The notes under the pieces: generated by a model
The model's input: the letters and a program-made list of their open reading frames with translations, nothing else
Databases searched by the model: none
Told to the model about the DNA's origin: nothing
Made by a program: the position numbers and the translations under genes
Origin: Candidatus Aenigmatarchaeota archaeon
Lineage (GTDB): Archaea > Aenigmatarchaeota > Aenigmatarchaeia > QMZP01 > QMZT01
NCBI GenBank assembly: GCA_026397315.1
Contig: JAPLVC010000001.1
Location: 149,111-213,110, forward strand
Direction of reading: 5' to 3'
DNA: 64,000 nt
Shown: positions 18,187 through 27,519 of the stretch, piece by piece
Layout of the letters: the number at the start of each line of letters is the position of its first letter
Position numbering within the stretch: position 1 is the first letter of the stretch

Positions 18187-19944
18187 ATGTTAAACTTTTA
18201 CTCGCTGCTGCCGTTTTCGGCGTTGCTGACAAACCTGGTTTTCGGGATATTCATACTCTACATAGACCCGAAGAGCAGGCTCAACAGGCTATACAGCCTT
18301 TTCACGCTTTCCTTTGCCTTCTGGGCCTTGGGCGATTTCATGGTTTTCATGGCATACGACCAGGGAAGCTCGCTTTTCTGGGCAAAAGCCGCCTCGGTCG
18401 GCTCTACACTTTCTGCAGCTTTCGCCATAAACTTCTTCGTGCTTCTGACGAAGAACAGGCTGGCAAACAGCAAGCTCATGCTGCTTTTTTACGTGCCTGC
18501 GGCGGCGTTCTCTTTGCTATCGCTCGGCACCGACCTTATAACAAAGGGTACGAAGCCCGTTCCGTGGGGCCTGTTGCAGTTAAGGGGACCGCTTTACATC
18601 CCGATGACCCTTTTCATTGTGGCGTGCATGGTGGCGAGCATAATCCTTTGCTACATGTATTATCGCCGCACGGAAAAACAGGATGAAAGAAAACAGATGA
18701 GGATCATGATCATTGGCACGTCAATACCGCTTTTCGGCGGCATCGTGACGCAGATTGTCCCGATCATAATGGGCTTCGAAATGATTCCGCTGTCTTCGAC
18801 GCTCTCGATAATCATAGTGGTGGCCGCCGCGCTCGGCGTCATGCGCTACAGGCTCATGACACCCGTGTCTTTCAGCATCCGCAAGAAGATAATAGTTTCA
18901 ATCATGGTGGCGAGCATAATACCGCTCCTCATGCTGAGTCACGTTTCTATATCGAGCATCAGCTCTCTCGGTTTGATGCACACCGAGCACATGGACACCA
19001 TAAGCAACTTTTCCATAAACGAAACTGTTCATTCGCTGGAAGCGCTTGGCGCCGAAATGGTAAAGCAGAAGGCATTCGACGTCTCGAACCAGATAGGTAT
19101 TTTCATCAGTAAGTCGCCCCAGATGACCGAAGAACAGATGAAAAACAACGCTGAGCTTGCATCGATAGCTGTCCAGCGCGTCGACAAAACTGGTTACACT
19201 GCCGTGCATAACAACAAAGGCATCAACCTGTTCCATTCCAATCCAAATATCATAGGCTCAGATCTTACGAAGCTGAATTTGACGGGCTTCAGGGAGATAG
19301 TGCAAAAAAGCCTGAGTCAGGAGGCGTATGGCTATTACGACTGGAAGGAAAGCGACGGCAGCATAAGGCAAAAATACATGCACTGCGTTCCCGTAAAGAT
19401 GACAGGCTTGGTAGTGTGCGCAACAACATACATAGACGAGTTTTCCGAGCCTTCGGATGCTGCGATGAAAAGACTGAACAATGCCACAAAGCAACACATA
19501 CTTGATGAAAAAGATGTCCAGGCCGCGCTCCTCGTCACCATAGGCGCGATGCTAATCCCGATGGTGGCGATAATGATAATTATTACGTACCTGCTCACCG
19601 GAGCCCTTTCCAAACCCATACTAAAGCTCACAGATGCGATGAAAAAGATAAGCGGTGGCAACCTCGACGTGAAAATAGAAGTGAAAGAAGGCGACGAGAT
19701 AGGCCAGCTTGCTTCATCTTTCAAACAGATGCTTGAGGAACTGAAAACTTCAAAAATCAAAATAGAAGAGCATAGCAAGACGCTGGAGAAAGATGTCGAG
19801 GATAGGACTAGTCAGCTCGAGGATAAAGTGAGCGAGCTGGAGAGGTTCAGCAAGCTGGTCATAGGCAGGGAGCTTAAGATGGTGGATCTCAAGAAAAAAT
19901 TAAAGGAAGTTGAGGATAAGCTGAAGAGCAAGGAGAATAAATAA
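18187..19944 (+). CDS. membrane sensor: N-terminal multi-TM module, extracytoplasmic domain, HAMP, C-terminal coiled coil; no kinase domain
   Basis: Eight predicted TM helices, a ~190-aa extracytoplasmic domain, a further TM helix, a HAMP domain (ILKLTDAMKKISGGNLDVKIEVKEGDEIGQLASSF) and a coiled coil ending ELERFSKLVIGRELKMVDLKKKL. Confidence 0.7.
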   Translation: MLNFYSLLPFSALLTNLVFGIFILYIDPKSRLNRLYSLFTLSFAFWALGDFMVFMAYDQGSSLFWAKAASVGSTLSAAFAINFFVLLTKNRLANSKLMLLFYVPAAAFSLLSLGTDLITKGTKPVPWGLLQLRGPLYIPMTLFIVACMVASIILCYMYYRRTEKQDERKQMRIMIIGTSIPLFGGIVTQIVPIIMGFEMIPLSSTLSIIIVVAAALGVMRYRLMTPVSFSIRKKIIVSIMVASIIPLLMLSHVSISSISSLGLMHTEHMDTISNFSINETVHSLEALGAEMVKQKAFDVSNQIGIFISKSPQMTEEQMKNNAELASIAVQRVDKTGYTAVHNNKGINLFHSNPNIIGSDLTKLNLTGFREIVQKSLSQEAYGYYDWKESDGSIRQKYMHCVPVKMTGLVVCATTYIDEFSEPSDAAMKRLNNATKQHILDEKDVQAALLVTIGAMLIPMVAIMIIITYLLTGALSKPILKLTDAMKKISGGNLDVKIEVKEGDEIGQLASSFKQMLEELKTSKIKIEEHSKTLEKDVEDRTSQLEDKVSELERFSKLVIGRELKMVDLKKKLKEVEDKLKSKENK

Positions 19945-19966
19945 TAATTTTATGGAGGGTGATAAT

Positions 19967-20746
19967 ATGAATAAATTTTTGATTTCGGCGCTGTGCATTT
20001 TGCTTGTCATCGGATTTTCGGGATGCACGCAGACAAACTTGAATGGAAGCGGCTCATCTCTGTTAAAATTGAAAGAGCCGGGCAAACTTATAATAGGCAC
20101 GAATTTGCCGTACGAACCAATGGAGTTCTACGACGCTTCGGGAAATATAGTTGGCATTGACGCGGATGTTGCAAAAGAAATCGCTTCGCAACTTGGGCTG
20201 GAGCTGGAAATAAGAAATGTTGACTGGGACAAGCTGTTCGAACAAGTGAAATCAGGCGATCTGGATATTATAATTTCATCTATATCTATAACAAATGAAA
20301 GGCAAAAGGAATATCTTTTTAGTGCGCCATATTTCAACGCAGGCCAGGTGGTTATCACCAAAAAGGGCAATACCGACATCAAATTCCCGGAGGACCTCAA
20401 AAACAAGAAAGTGAGCGCCCAGAAAGATACAACAAGCGCTGAAGAGGCTGCAAAATACTCGAACAGCTCTATAGTGTACGAAAACTCAGATTACGAAAAA
20501 ACTGTCGCTGACCTTAAAAATGGAAATTTAGACGCAATTGTCATGGATTATGTTGCCGGCATCATGCTGGTGAAGAACGACCAGTCACTTAAAATAGCTG
20601 TGGAACCTTTCACCCAGGAGTTTTACGGCATAGCCACGCAGCTAGGCAACACGGCACTCATGAATGAAGTGAGCAGAGTGCTCAGAAATATGAAGGAGAC
20701 AGGGAAGCTGGAAGAAATAAAAAATAAGTGGCTTAGCGAGACGTGA
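19967..20746 (+). CDS. periplasmic solute-binding lipoprotein (family-3 SBP)
   Basis: Signal peptide with lipobox (LVIGFSGC), then SBP_bac_3-like blocks (GTNLPYEPMEF...GIDADVAKEIA...DIIISSISIT). The start follows a GGAGGGTGA Shine-Dalgarno. Confidence 0.75.
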   Translation: MNKFLISALCILLVIGFSGCTQTNLNGSGSSLLKLKEPGKLIIGTNLPYEPMEFYDASGNIVGIDADVAKEIASQLGLELEIRNVDWDKLFEQVKSGDLDIIISSISITNERQKEYLFSAPYFNAGQVVITKKGNTDIKFPEDLKNKKVSAQKDTTSAEEAAKYSNSSIVYENSDYEKTVADLKNGNLDAIVMDYVAGIMLVKNDQSLKIAVEPFTQEFYGIATQLGNTALMNEVSRVLRNMKETGKLEEIKNKWLSET

Positions 20747-20801
20747 AATGTTTGGATCTGGCAGTGCTTTGAAAAATAACAAAGATAAGTGGCTCGGGTA
20801 A

Positions 20802-22493
20802 ATGAAAATAAACATATCGCTGAAGATAATCGGGGTAGTTTTTTTGCTTTTTTTACTCGTTTTTATAATCATCGCTTACAACAACATCATAATCTATGAG
20901 AACGATGTGACAGGCTACTTCATAGAAAAAGCTAAAGCTATTGCATATTCCATCGAAGCTGGCATAAAGAACAGGGAAACCCTGAGCAAAAAGGATGAGA
21001 TGTTGTCCAGCATCCATAAAATCATGTGGCTTAATTCTGAAATTGTAGATATAACATACGTCACAAGTAGCGAAAGCGGGCTGGTAAATTACATATCAAA
21101 CGACCCCGAAAGAAACGGTGTCGAGCCCGAACCTGAAAATTATGAAGCGTTCGAAAAGGATATCGTGATAAGCAAGATTTACACTCGGGGATATTCAGCC
21201 ATGCTTAAAATCGTATCACCTCTTCACATCTCTGGGCAGGTTGTCGGCACCGTGCAGTTGGATTTTACCATGGAAAGCATTAATGGTAAAATAACAGCTG
21301 TCAGAAACTCCCTCATCGTGGGTTATCTTATGTTAATGATCACTTCCGCTGTTCTGTTGTTCTTTTTGCTGAGAATACTAGTCATAAAACCTATTCAAAA
21401 AATAAACAAAGGCGTTGAATCTGTATCGTCTGGCAAGCTGGACTACAGCGTCGATATAAAATCCAATGACGAGATAGGCAATTTATCAAAAGCTTTCAAT
21501 AGGATGGTAAACGATCTTAAGCAATCCAACGACCAGATAAAAAGGCACGAGCATGATCTCGAAGAAAAGGTAAGCGAAAGGACCAAGGATCTTGACTCCA
21601 AAGTGGGCGAGCTCACGGATACGAAGACGGCGATACTCAACATGATGGAGGACATGGACGATGCCAACAGGAACCTTATGACGATGCAGGACGAGCTCAG
21701 GAACAGCCTCAAGGAACTGAAGGAAAGCGACATCAAGAAGGACGAATTCATATCGATAGCGGCGCACGAGCTGAAGACGCCACTGACATCGATACACGGT
21801 TTCTCTCAGCTGATGCAGAACAAGGACGTCATAGAAAACAAGGAAAGGAGGGGAAAATATCTGGGTATAATGGAGCATGAGACCACGCGCCTGGCAAAGC
21901 TCGTGACCGACATCCTCGACCTTTCAAGAATTGATCTTGGAACGCTTAAAATGGCGATAGAAGAGGTCGATGTTTCGTCGCTTATAGACGACGTGAGCAA
22001 GGAACTCAACATACAGATGAAGTCCCATGGTCTCGAGTCTGAATACATCATAGAAAAGGACCTGAAAATGATGACGGACATGGAGAGGCTTACACAGATA
22101 GTGATAAATCTCATAAACAACTCCATCAAATACACGCCGAAAGGCAAGATAACCGTGAAGGCATGGAAAGACGGCGGCGACTTCCATTTCATGGTCAAGG
22201 ACACGGGTATAGGCATACCGAAGGACAAGCAGCACCACATCTTCCAGAGGTTCTATCAGGTCGATTCTTCATACACCAGGTCAGCTGGAGGCGTCGGCCT
22301 CGGCCTTTCTCTATGCAAGGAGTTCGTGAACGTCCTCGGGGGCAAGATATGGTTCGTGAGCCAGGAAGGCAAGGGAAGCGAGTTCCACGTCACTCTGCCC
22401 ATGAAGAAAACTGTCGCGCCCGGTATATTTGACGTGAAAGCAAAGGCGGCAGAAATCCTCAAGAAGTCTGAAAAAATCACGAAAGGAAAATAA
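20802..22493 (+). CDS. sensor histidine kinase (TM-periplasmic-TM-HAMP-HisKA-HATPase)
   Basis: H-box AAHELKTPLTSI and N, G1 and G2 boxes (DTGIGIPKDKQHHIFQRFYQ...GGVGLGLSLCKEFV). Confidence 0.85.
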   Translation: MKINISLKIIGVVFLLFLLVFIIIAYNNIIIYENDVTGYFIEKAKAIAYSIEAGIKNRETLSKKDEMLSSIHKIMWLNSEIVDITYVTSSESGLVNYISNDPERNGVEPEPENYEAFEKDIVISKIYTRGYSAMLKIVSPLHISGQVVGTVQLDFTMESINGKITAVRNSLIVGYLMLMITSAVLLFFLLRILVIKPIQKINKGVESVSSGKLDYSVDIKSNDEIGNLSKAFNRMVNDLKQSNDQIKRHEHDLEEKVSERTKDLDSKVGELTDTKTAILNMMEDMDDANRNLMTMQDELRNSLKELKESDIKKDEFISIAAHELKTPLTSIHGFSQLMQNKDVIENKERRGKYLGIMEHETTRLAKLVTDILDLSRIDLGTLKMAIEEVDVSSLIDDVSKELNIQMKSHGLESEYIIEKDLKMMTDMERLTQIVINLINNSIKYTPKGKITVKAWKDGGDFHFMVKDTGIGIPKDKQHHIFQRFYQVDSSYTRSAGGVGLGLSLCKEFVNVLGGKIWFVSQEGKGSEFHVTLPMKKTVAPGIFDVKAKAAEILKKSEKITKGK

Positions 22494-22506
22494 GGAAAAA
22501 GACCGG

Positions 22507-23325
22507 TTATTTCTTATCTTGTTTTTTACCCATCGCGCTTGCGCCAGCCTGTTGCGCGGCTTCAAAAAGCCTGGTAATGACCACTCTGTTATATATGAAA
22601 CCGGTAGCCATCAGGATGTAGTCCATGTTCCAAAGTATGTCTATAATGTTTCCGGTCTCATAACTGCCGAGAATATAAGAATATATTATATCAGCGCACG
22701 TGCTCAGCATCAACGCGAAGAATATTACAGACCATGGCTTGATGAATTTGCTGTCCCACAGGTAAGTCAGGCCGAAAGCCATTGAAATAAGCAGGAACAT
22801 GTCTTCTGCAATGTATCCGGCCGAAGCCGCTTTCTCCAACAAAGGAGTTTCAGTATCTGCTGCAAATGGTGCAATAAGAAATATTGAAACCACCGCTATC
22901 GCTATCACAACGGACAGCAATATCCACTTTTTTCTGCCGAGCTTCGATGACGAAAGCTTGCATATGAAAAACATGCCGGCGATGAAAAACGCGTAGCCCG
23001 CATACCAGAAAATATCGGCTATCGACACGACTGGCTTGAAGTCAGTAAATATCTCCAGAACTCCCCATGTTATTTCACCCAGAGTCCAGAATGCCGTCCC
23101 TACCGCGATGAATAACATCGCTTTTCCCTGCTCGCTCTTGAAGCCATGTATCTTGAAGGCGAAAAAGCCGGCCAGCGTGGCCATTATCGCCAGCGCGGCC
23201 ACCCACACGTCTGCGATGACGTAAAATGAGTCGCCCAACGGCCGGAAGGCGAAAAGCGCCAGATTTATTACCAACAGAGCAACGAGAATCGAAAGCCCGA
23301 GATATTTCATATTTTCTAATTTCAT
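22507..23325 (-). CDS. integral membrane protein (7-8 TM), unknown function
   Basis: Hydrophobic helices throughout. It is the last gene of the pseudo-KaiC / response-regulator operon. Confidence 0.6.
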   Translation of the reverse strand: MKLENMKYLGLSILVALLVINLALFAFRPLGDSFYVIADVWVAALAIMATLAGFFAFKIHGFKSEQGKAMLFIAVGTAFWTLGEITWGVLEIFTDFKPVVSIADIFWYAGYAFFIAGMFFICKLSSSKLGRKKWILLSVVIAIAVVSIFLIAPFAADTETPLLEKAASAGYIAEDMFLLISMAFGLTYLWDSKFIKPWSVIFFALMLSTCADIIYSYILGSYETGNIIDILWNMDYILMATGFIYNRVVITRLFEAAQQAGASAMGKKQDKK

Positions 23326-23343
23326 TTTAACAACATCATCATA

Positions 23344-23574
23344 TCATTTGATATATTTCCTGTAAAGCGGATCCATCTTTTTCTTGGCCGCGCACACGCC
23401 TATGAACTTCCCGAGAAAGTCGGTACACTCGTCCAGGAAGTCCTTCGGGTATTTTTCAGGATCATCAAAATTTTTCAGCTGTTCGGATACTACAGAACCT
23501 AGCAACTTGTCAAATACTGATTTAGCTTCTTCTTTCAGTGCCATGGTATCGGCCTGTAATATAAAATGGTTCAT
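23344..23574 (-). CDS. small hypothetical protein
   Basis: 76 aa. The start overlaps the response-regulator stop (ATGA). Confidence 0.4.
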   Translation of the reverse strand: MNHFILQADTMALKEEAKSVFDKLLGSVVSEQLKNFDDPEKYPKDFLDECTDFLGKFIGVCAAKKKMDPLYRKYIK

Positions 23575-23951
23575 CCTATCATTTTCTTGACCCTTTTGAC
23601 GAGGTCGTCGTTGTCAAAGGGCTTGTTTATGTAGTCAAGCACTTTCATTTCCTTGAGGATGTCCTTGCCAGCTTCGGAGAACTTGGCCACGGTTAGAAAA
23701 GCGATTTTCAGGCCCCTGGTCTTCGGGTCTTTCCTTATCTTGTCGCACACCTCGCGGCCGCTCATGCCAGGCATCATCATGTCCAGAAGTATGAGATCCG
23801 GTGACATTGTTTTGAGCTTATTCAGGCAATCCTCGCCATCCGATGCTGTGGCCACGTCGTATCCCTCATGCTCGAGCACGGCAGAGACAAGCTCCCTAAG
23901 GCTTTCCTCGTCGTCGACTACGAGAATCTTCTTTTTTGTCATATTTAACAT
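23571..23951 (-). CDS. response regulator receiver protein (CheY-like, single domain)
   Basis: KILVVDDEE...DLILLDMMMPGMSG...KIAFLTVAKF. Confidence 0.85.
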   Translation of the reverse strand: MLNMTKKKILVVDDEESLRELVSAVLEHEGYDVATASDGEDCLNKLKTMSPDLILLDMMMPGMSGREVCDKIRKDPKTRGLKIAFLTVAKFSEAGKDILKEMKVLDYINKPFDNDDLVKRVKKMIG

Positions 23952-24007
23952 ATTGCATCATCTCTTTATTAAAATTATTAAATCCTGAGATAGTCCTTAG
24001 ATGGCGT

Positions 24008-24577
24008 TCACCCGAAATTTATCGTCTTGTCCGCGAACATGCCCAGATCCTTCATGAGCTTATCGTTCTCCTCCTGCGGTATGGTGTCCTGCTTCAGGAG
24101 GATGAAGAGCTTTTTGACGTTCTCTTTCGTATCGTCCGACATGATGCTGTGGGTGAAGCTCACGACCGACGACGTCTGCTGGTAAATGAGGAGCGTGGAT
24201 ATCGTGTCGAAAAGTATGACGCTGCAGCTCTTTTTCTCGACCGCTTCCTTTATCGCCACCCGTATGGCGGCAAGGTCGCGTGGTGAACGCACGAAAAAGC
24301 AGTCCTTGCACGGCTCGGGGTCGTGGTAATGCGACGTGAGCACGTCTATGAAGAAGAAATCCGACAGATTGAACCCCTGCTTCGAAAGCTCCTCTTTGAC
24401 GTCTTTGACGGGCTTGCTGAGGCACACGTAGCATATTTTCGTCTTTGTCTTCTCCACGCCATTGATTATCTCTTCCATGCGAGCTGTGTATTCGCTCTCC
24501 TCCATCATGATGATGAGGAACCTGTTGCTAGTGATTTCCTTGATGAGGTCCAGTACCATTATTGTAATTAGCGGCAT
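24008..24577 (-). CDS. KaiC/RecA-like domain protein lacking Walker A (paralog of 13991..14551)
   Basis: LFDTISTLLIYQQ aligns with LFDSLSTLLIYED of the paralog, and the C-terminal KDLGMFADK matches KDLNMFVDK. There is no GxxGxGKT. Confidence 0.55.
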   Translation of the reverse strand: MPLITIMVLDLIKEITSNRFLIIMMEESEYTARMEEIINGVEKTKTKICYVCLSKPVKDVKEELSKQGFNLSDFFFIDVLTSHYHDPEPCKDCFFVRSPRDLAAIRVAIKEAVEKKSCSVILFDTISTLLIYQQTSSVVSFTHSIMSDDTKENVKKLFILLKQDTIPQEENDKLMKDLGMFADKTINFG

Positions 24578-24654
24578 AACTTATAAATTTAATTTTAAAA
24601 TGTTTAAACATAATAAATGTTTTATAAGCAAAAGCGATAATAATATATAAACGG

Positions 24655-25452
24655 ATGGAAAAAACACTGCTATCCGTTGCTAAAGAGGCGCTTTCATTCA
24701 TAAAACCTGAGATATGTTTCTTCTGCGCAGGCATAGCAGCGTCGGGGTATATCGTTTTCAACGGGATTGATGCAAAACTCCTGCAGCTTTTCATCGCTGC
24801 TTTCCTGGGAACAGGTGCAAGCTACGCCTACAATTACATGAAAGACGCGAAAGAGGACATGGCAAACGGGAAAAAACTGAACTTTTTCGTCATAAACAGC
24901 GGCCGTGGGCGAATTTTTGTCTCGCTTCTATATGTTGTCGGCTTCCTTTTTTCTCTATTGTCTCCGGTCTCTGCGGCTTTTTATGTCGTCATGGCTGTCA
25001 TGAGCGTGTTTTACTCAAGGAACAGGATAAAGGAGATTTTTCTCGTGAAGAACGTTTTCACCGGCATGACCATATCGCTTTCATTCCTGCTCGGCGCTGC
25101 AGCTGGCGGCTTTTCACCGGCCATGGTACCTTGCGTCGCCGCCATCTTTTTCCTCGGCTCTGCTGCCAACGCGCTGGGCGACATACGCGGCAGGAAAGGC
25201 GACGAGGCGATAGGCATGATCACGCTTCCCATAGCGATAGGCGTGGAAAGGACGAAACTTGTCATATATTCGCTCCTTTCGCTCTGCGGCGCCTCGATAT
25301 TATTGTCCGGCAGCAGGGCATTGTATCCCGTAATACCTTTTGTCGTGCTCACCATAATGTGTCTCTCTAGGAATAATATTGCCCTCAGCAGGGTGTCTAT
25401 GCTGTCGTCTTTTGCCCTGCTGCCCCTTTTCATTATCGCAGGAATCTGGTAG
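24655..25452 (+). CDS. UbiA-family prenyltransferase (integral membrane)
   Basis: 8-9 TM helices, an Asp-rich motif NYMKDAKEDMANG after TM2, and a second D-containing loop GDIRGRKGDEAIG. Confidence 0.65.
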   Translation: MEKTLLSVAKEALSFIKPEICFFCAGIAASGYIVFNGIDAKLLQLFIAAFLGTGASYAYNYMKDAKEDMANGKKLNFFVINSGRGRIFVSLLYVVGFLFSLLSPVSAAFYVVMAVMSVFYSRNRIKEIFLVKNVFTGMTISLSFLLGAAAGGFSPAMVPCVAAIFFLGSAANALGDIRGRKGDEAIGMITLPIAIGVERTKLVIYSLLSLCGASILLSGSRALYPVIPFVVLTIMCLSRNNIALSRVSMLSSFALLPLFIIAGIW

Positions 25453-25457
25453 GTGAT

Positions 25458-26513
25458 GTGATGTGCTGCATAACGTTCAACTGGAAGGAGAACGATGCCG
25501 TGGAAAAGGTGGAGCATTTCAGGCGAAAGCGCACGGTTTCTTGGGCGGTGGTCGAGGTGACCGAGGCGTGCAACCTGAACTGCAAGTGGTGCTACGCCTC
25601 TTCCAGCTACAAAAACAAAAATGCCGGGTTCATGCGGGAAGACGAAATAATCTTCATCCTCAACAGGCTTTCCGAAGCCGGAGCGAGGCAGGTCACGTAT
25701 TCGGGCGGCGAGCCGAGCATTTACCCGCACCTTGATTTTGCCATAAAGGAGGCGAAGGAGCGCGGCATGGTCGTGCACGTGAACACGAACGGCTACATGC
25801 TGACGAAAGGCCTCGCTGCGAAATGGGCCGGGCTCGGAGTTACACAGGTCCAGGTGAATATCGACAGCACGGACGCAGCGAAGCATGACGAAATCCGCGG
25901 CAGGGCTGGCTCCTTTTCCCGCGCATTGAAAGGAATAGGCAACACTGCCGCAGCCGGCATTACGCCGGTTTCGCAAACCGTGCTGACCAGTGAAAACGAA
26001 GGAGAGGTAATGCGCATCATATGCTTGGCCAGAAAAGCGGGCGTCGAGCGCGTCAGGTTGTGGGACATGATGCTTTCGGGCCATGCGCAGGACAGGAGAG
26101 ACATGCTCCCGGCCAGATATCTTGAAATACTCAAGGAGGTTTCAGAATACGCCCTGCAGACCGGCGCGAAAAGCATAGAAGCCGGCGAGCCGCTCTTCCC
26201 TCTCGGATACGAAACTGGCATGAAAGTGATGGATTCTTTCTGCGTATGCCTCGCCGGGCTTCTCGCCAATTTCTCGGTCAGCGGCGATGCTTACTTCTGC
26301 TGCATGCACAGGAAGCCGCTATACAATGTATTCAAAGACGCGGCGGAGGAGCGACTGGACGGGCTTCATGCAAGAAAAATAAGGGAATTCTCGGACCGCT
26401 TTAGCCTGCCAGAAAAATGCGTCAAATGCGACGTGCTTGGAAAATGCATGGGAGGCTGCATCGCCAGGAGAGGCTTCACGCCAGACGGCAGGGACTACTG
26501 GTGCACTGAATAG
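25458..26513 (+). CDS. radical SAM protein with a C-terminal SPASM/twitch Cys cluster
   Basis: CNLNCKWC (CxxxCxxC) and a C-terminal CVKCDVLGKCMGGC...C auxiliary-cluster motif. Confidence 0.8.
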   Translation: MMCCITFNWKENDAVEKVEHFRRKRTVSWAVVEVTEACNLNCKWCYASSSYKNKNAGFMREDEIIFILNRLSEAGARQVTYSGGEPSIYPHLDFAIKEAKERGMVVHVNTNGYMLTKGLAAKWAGLGVTQVQVNIDSTDAAKHDEIRGRAGSFSRALKGIGNTAAAGITPVSQTVLTSENEGEVMRIICLARKAGVERVRLWDMMLSGHAQDRRDMLPARYLEILKEVSEYALQTGAKSIEAGEPLFPLGYETGMKVMDSFCVCLAGLLANFSVSGDAYFCCMHRKPLYNVFKDAAEERLDGLHARKIREFSDRFSLPEKCVKCDVLGKCMGGCIARRGFTPDGRDYWCTE

Positions 26514-27508
26514 ACGAGCTTCAGCCGCCTGCCTGCGTAGTCATAACCGGAAAGGAAAAGGCCGGGCTCGAAAATGCGCAGATAGCCGAGTATGGTCTGC
26601 GACAAGAAATCCCAGTTATCCTTCTCCAACTGCAGGCCGCATGCGGGATTTTTTATCAGGACAATGATTTCCTTCGCTTTCATTTCAATGCTGACGATGC
26701 CCCAGCCCATGACCTGCAGCAGTGTTTTCAGCAGCTGCGCTTTTTTGATGTCGTCTGCGTTGCTTTCCACGATGCCGTTGAAAAAGGATTTGGATACGTC
26801 CGCCACGCAGCCGGACATTATGCCCTTGTTTCCTATTAAATGGAATAGCGTACTTTCTATTGGTGAGATGGATTTGCCGCGGAAACTTATGGCATTGCCC
26901 TTCATCTCGAAAACTTTTGTTTTAAGCGCGTCCCTCAGCGTGAAATCGTCTGACGCATCTGTCCTGTTGAGCTTATCGTAAAGCTGCCTGCTCTTGCCCG
27001 TGATGGACATGCGCTCGCCCGTCCTCCTGAAGACGTACCTGCATTCGCCAGTGCTCTGTTCGGCCTCGACCATGGCGAAGCGGAAGCCGTACAGCGAACC
27101 GAGTATGCCCCTGTAAAACCCTTTCATCAGGCTGTTGCTGCCCACAATCCTTGTCAGACCCTCGTTTCTGGTAGTTATCTCGAACAGGCCGGCATCCTCG
27201 CGCATGTGAAAATAATCCATCAGATACACGCTTACCCATATCTTCTTTATTATGACGTTGAGGAAAAATTTCGGCGGCAGCTTCCTGAAGCTGGATGGCA
27301 GGAGCGAGCCGAAATAAAGAGCCATCCATCTTTCGCCAATTTCCTCCATCTCGGCGGCGTAACCGGCGTCTTCGCAGGCCTTGACATAGCCGGCGCCTAT
27401 CTCCTCGAAGAACAACGTAATCCGTCTCGGGCGCAGCTTTACCCTGTTAACAATGTCGCCGGCGTGCGTCTTGATGCCGCCTTTCCTCAGAAAATCGGCT
27501 ATTCTCAT
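26495..27508 (-). CDS. hypothetical protein with a V4R-like (4-vinyl reductase-type) segment
   Basis: SNSLMKGFYRGILGSLYGF...EAEQSTGECRYVF and a C-terminal NPACG resemble V4R. The fit is weak. Confidence 0.45.
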   Translation of the reverse strand: MRIADFLRKGGIKTHAGDIVNRVKLRPRRITLFFEEIGAGYVKACEDAGYAAEMEEIGERWMALYFGSLLPSSFRKLPPKFFLNVIIKKIWVSVYLMDYFHMREDAGLFEITTRNEGLTRIVGSNSLMKGFYRGILGSLYGFRFAMVEAEQSTGECRYVFRRTGERMSITGKSRQLYDKLNRTDASDDFTLRDALKTKVFEMKGNAISFRGKSISPIESTLFHLIGNKGIMSGCVADVSKSFFNGIVESNADDIKKAQLLKTLLQVMGWGIVSIEMKAKEIIVLIKNPACGLQLEKDNWDFLSQTILGYLRIFEPGLFLSGYDYAGRRLKLVYSVHQ

Positions 27509-27519
27509 GGTCGGTTCTT

